NCBI GenBank assembly: GCA_029953675.1
Contig: JAMWBK010000002.1
Coordinates: 3,416,315 to 3,480,314, forward strand
Source: Rhodosorus marinus CCMP1338
Lineage: Eukaryota > Plantae > Rhodophyta
Reading direction: 5' to 3'
DNA: 64,000 nt
In this document: positions 61,223 through 64,000 of the stretch, piece by piece
How the letters are laid out: every line of letters begins with the position of its first letter
Numbering within the stretch: the first letter of the stretch is position 1
Position numbers and translations under genes: made by a program
The notes under the pieces: model-generated
Told to the model about the DNA's origin: nothing
Database searches by the model: none
The model's input: only the letters and a program-made list of their open reading frames with translations

Positions 61223-63420
61223 TAAAAGGCAAAGTTCGTACGGAAGACAACAACAAAAGTTCGTAAGAAAGTTCGAAGATGATCGTGAGGGAGGTACGCG
61301 GGCCGTACCCCGAACCTCTTGTCATTCAGGGCCCGGACCCCTCGGGCACCCGGGAAGTTTTGCAAAGGCACCAGCACCAGTCTGATGGCGACGTGCAGGA
61401 GACACCGACGGAACCACAAGCAGGCGATGTTCAAGCAAGAACGCGGACCGAGTCTGCAGCCGCAACCGACCCGGCAGCCACATTCTTGCATCAACTGCGT
61501 AGCTTCGACAGATGCTACCAGGACCTGGGCATCGCTGCTTCCGAAATTACAGACTTCTACAAAGCCGTTTTTCAACTGTACTCGAGGGTCAACAGCTCGC
61601 AAGAGCTGCAAGGTGTCACCGGACGCCTTACGGAGTTGTCCCGGAAACCGGGTATGTGGGAAGGTGGAGCCGCTACTACGAATTCTGCACCATCTCCGCA
61701 TGATCTCCCGCGAGATCTCCCGCGACAGGCCGTAGGCAACCACCTCGGCCCCGAAACCCGTTACCGTAACGGTCGTCTGCCAGGAAGTTATGCCGTCCAT
61801 GATTTAGGAACCCGGCTCCCTGCGCCCCATGGAGGGACAGGTGTCCGAGATCTAGGACACTATGCGGAGACATTCCCAGCCATCGGGGAGGGCCCTACAA
61901 GGCCAACCTTCGCTGATTTCGAAGCACAAAAAGAACCAGCGAGAGGAGGAGATGCTTGTTCCAGAACTTGTGGACGCCCTGGACCCCAGACCCAACAGGC
62001 TGCCCTACGGCAACTGCACGCTACGGTCGGGGGGTCTGGCTGGGGACCCGATGTTGCTCCAGTCCTCGCGACGCTACGGAATGTCCGACCCCCAAGGCTG
62101 GATGAGGTGGCCCCTGCGGAGTTTGCAACGGTTCTTTGCAGAGCACTGGGTATGCCCAGCTCTTATGTGGTGCATGTGGACTTTATTGCCTCCCATGCCT
62201 GCCTGCTGTGCAATTCCGATTCTCCAAAGTGCCATCTCCCGAGGAGTTTTCCGGACTGGGATATTCGGATCCTTCACACAACGACACGCCGATAGACAAG
62301 TAAGCCTTTACACTGGCCAGGCGCTGGACCCAGACAACCTTCTGGGTTACCTCGAACGTCAGACCATCGCTCCCGGGGATATCGCTGCCCACACGCTGAA
62401 GCGGGCCATCGAGCAGCTTGTCCGCATTCGTTCGAGGATCGGCAGGCGACAACTCTCCTTCCACACTCTCGCAGCGCTCTGCGAGTTTCTGGAGGCACGA
62501 ATAGAGCTCCTAAAAGGCAGACAACATCCGCCTGAGGTGCCCGGGGAGTGCGCGGAACCCCCTGGGCCTGCAGCCGCTTCGAACGCAGACCCTGAAGCCT
62601 CGTCCATTCCAGGGGATGTACAGGCAGACCGTGGGACAGTTGACGCCCAGGTTGAGACTAGCGCGACTTCCCAAGTACCTGAGAACGCAGCACACGATGA
62701 CAATCCCCATGCGGAGCTCCTCTGCAACCTTCCGGAGCCACCTCAACAGAAGCGCTCGCGAGTATCCGCCGATGGAACCGGACCGGATACTGAGATGACT
62801 CCGGCAGCCGTGGAGACTCCACCGGATACCACTGTGACACAGGTTGCCCTTGACGGCAACCATCACGCGATGGACACGCAGGAGAGCCAGGAAAACCCAG
62901 CGCAATAATGCCGAGCAGACGTAGGGGAATCAAACGACGCCGCGACGAGCCTCTATTCTTCTCGGATCGTCAAGACTGGATCAGGCGGTGGAGCGTCTTC
63001 GTCGACGACGTCACGGAAGGAGGCAGGCAGTGGACGCGCCTTACACACTGCCCGGTTCCCACACGGCGATTTGTGCCACGCGCCCAGGTTCAAACATGGA
63101 GCTGCCTCTTCCGTGCTGCAGTAGAGCTCTCTATGGACACCACCGCACCAACAAACGCCAGCCTGCTTCTTGTCGGATTTCCAGGCCTGGTCCTTGAACA
63201 CTCTGCACTTGATGTTGGCATTCAGGTATCGCATGTGCTTGAAGGAGAATTCTCCACGGTCTGGAGCGCTCTAGAGGACAAGGCGTCTATGCTGTCGCAT
63301 ACTACCGCACCGCAAGGAGCTGAAGCGGTTCGACGCAAACATCTCGGGCGCCACAAGCGAGCGCTGAAACTAGCACACCTTGGCCGCCTTTCAGATGCAG
63401 CTCGGAGCCTACAGGCCACC
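61223..63420 (+). mobile_element. Second retroelement copy B: 5' UTR, ORF1 (61279-62908, one frameshift near 62220) and ORF2 N-terminus (from 62908), 3'-truncated
   Basis: ORF2 segment LLVGFPGLVL...GEFSTVW...RHKRALKLAHLGRLSDA aligns with the minus-strand copy LFIFALPSLAL...GRFAIVW...RHKRALQLAKSQRLSQS. It is cut by a telomere repeat at 63421. Confidence 0.82.
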
Positions 63421-63441
63421 GGGGTTACGTTAGTCTGGGGT
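63421..63441 (+). repeat. Interstitial telomeric island (21 nt)
   Basis: ggggttacgttagtctggggt, fused in-frame to truncated ORF2 and followed by about 130 bp of unrelated DNA. Confidence 0.92.
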
Positions 63442-63598
63442 GACTTTTTGCGGGACAGTTGTAAACACTTGTTGCATCGAGATGAGGAGCTGAGGGATGC
63501 ACGATCCCAGTTAAATGGCACCTTTGGCAGGGGACCGCGGCTATTGCGCTTGGAGACAACTACAAGCGCTCTTTAGTCTGGAGAACCCACTGGTTACT

Positions 63599-64000
63599 GT
63601 TAGTCTGGGGTTACACGTTAGTCTGGGGTTACGTTAGTCTGGGGTTACGTTAGTCTGGGGTTACGTTAGTCTGGGGTTACGTTAGTCTGGGGTTACGTTA
63701 GTCTGGGGTTACGTTAGTCTGGGGTTACGTTAGTCTGGGGTTACGTTAGTCTGGGGTTACGTTAGTCTGGGGTTACGTTGGTCTGGGGGGTTACGTTAGT
63801 CTGGGGTTACGTTAGTCTGGGGTTACGTTAGTCTGGGGTTACGTTAGTCTGGGGGGTTACGTTAGTCTGGGGTTACGTTAGTCTGGGGTTACGTTAGTCT
63901 GGGGTTACGTTAGTCTGGGGTTACGTTAGTCTGGGGTTACGTTAGTCTGGGGTTACGTTAGTCTGGGGTTACGTTAGTCTGGGGTTACACGTTAGTCTGG
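63599..64000 (+). repeat. Telomeric array, 16-bp unit GGGGTTACGTTAGTCT, about 25 copies, running off the window end
   Basis: Near-perfect tandem repeat with the G-rich strand 5'->3' toward the end. Variants: TTACACG (63611, 63985), G6 (63785, 63851) and GTTGGTCT (63777). Confidence 0.93.

Noticed and set aside
63599-64000. CRISPR-like or satellite interpretation of the terminal array
   Set aside because: There are no spacers, the context is eukaryotic, and the G-rich strand polarity and terminal position fit a telomere.

Overview
Eukaryotic, gene-dense chromosome arm running into a right-hand telomere. The host is probably a unicellular red alga or similar plastid-bearing protist; this is inferred from the few short introns, transit-peptide-like N-termini and plastid-type genes. 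From 0.9 to 56 kb there are about 18 housekeeping genes: DUF2358-SOUL, dolichol kinase, Sen1/MAA3-like helicase, CDC5, AP-3 beta, a methyltransferase, a short HUWE1/UPL1, a P5B ATPase, an SGNH-like protein, PSMA2, an aminotransferase, a secreted beta-propeller, a spliced APC13 missed by the ORF track, a La-motif/CCCH/ERI exonuclease fusion, an HCF107-like HAT protein, a folate-biopterin transporter, DUF4336 and RPN10. A 1.36 kb TIR element lies at 38.9-40.2 kb. The last 8 kb are the most interesting part. (1) The terminal array has an unusually long 16-bp unit, GGGGTTACGTTAGTCT. (2) A cluster of CRE-clade-like (RT plus C-terminal restriction-like endonuclease) non-LTR retrotransposon copies is interleaved with telomere repeats; they have a novel ORF1, a TAATG stop-start coupling to ORF2 and an apparent GGTT target site. 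(3) An isolated perfect 20-nt C-strand copy (one repeat plus a 4-nt terminal redundancy) sits divergent from RPN10. It has the form of a telomerase RNA template, although a relic junction is a real alternative.
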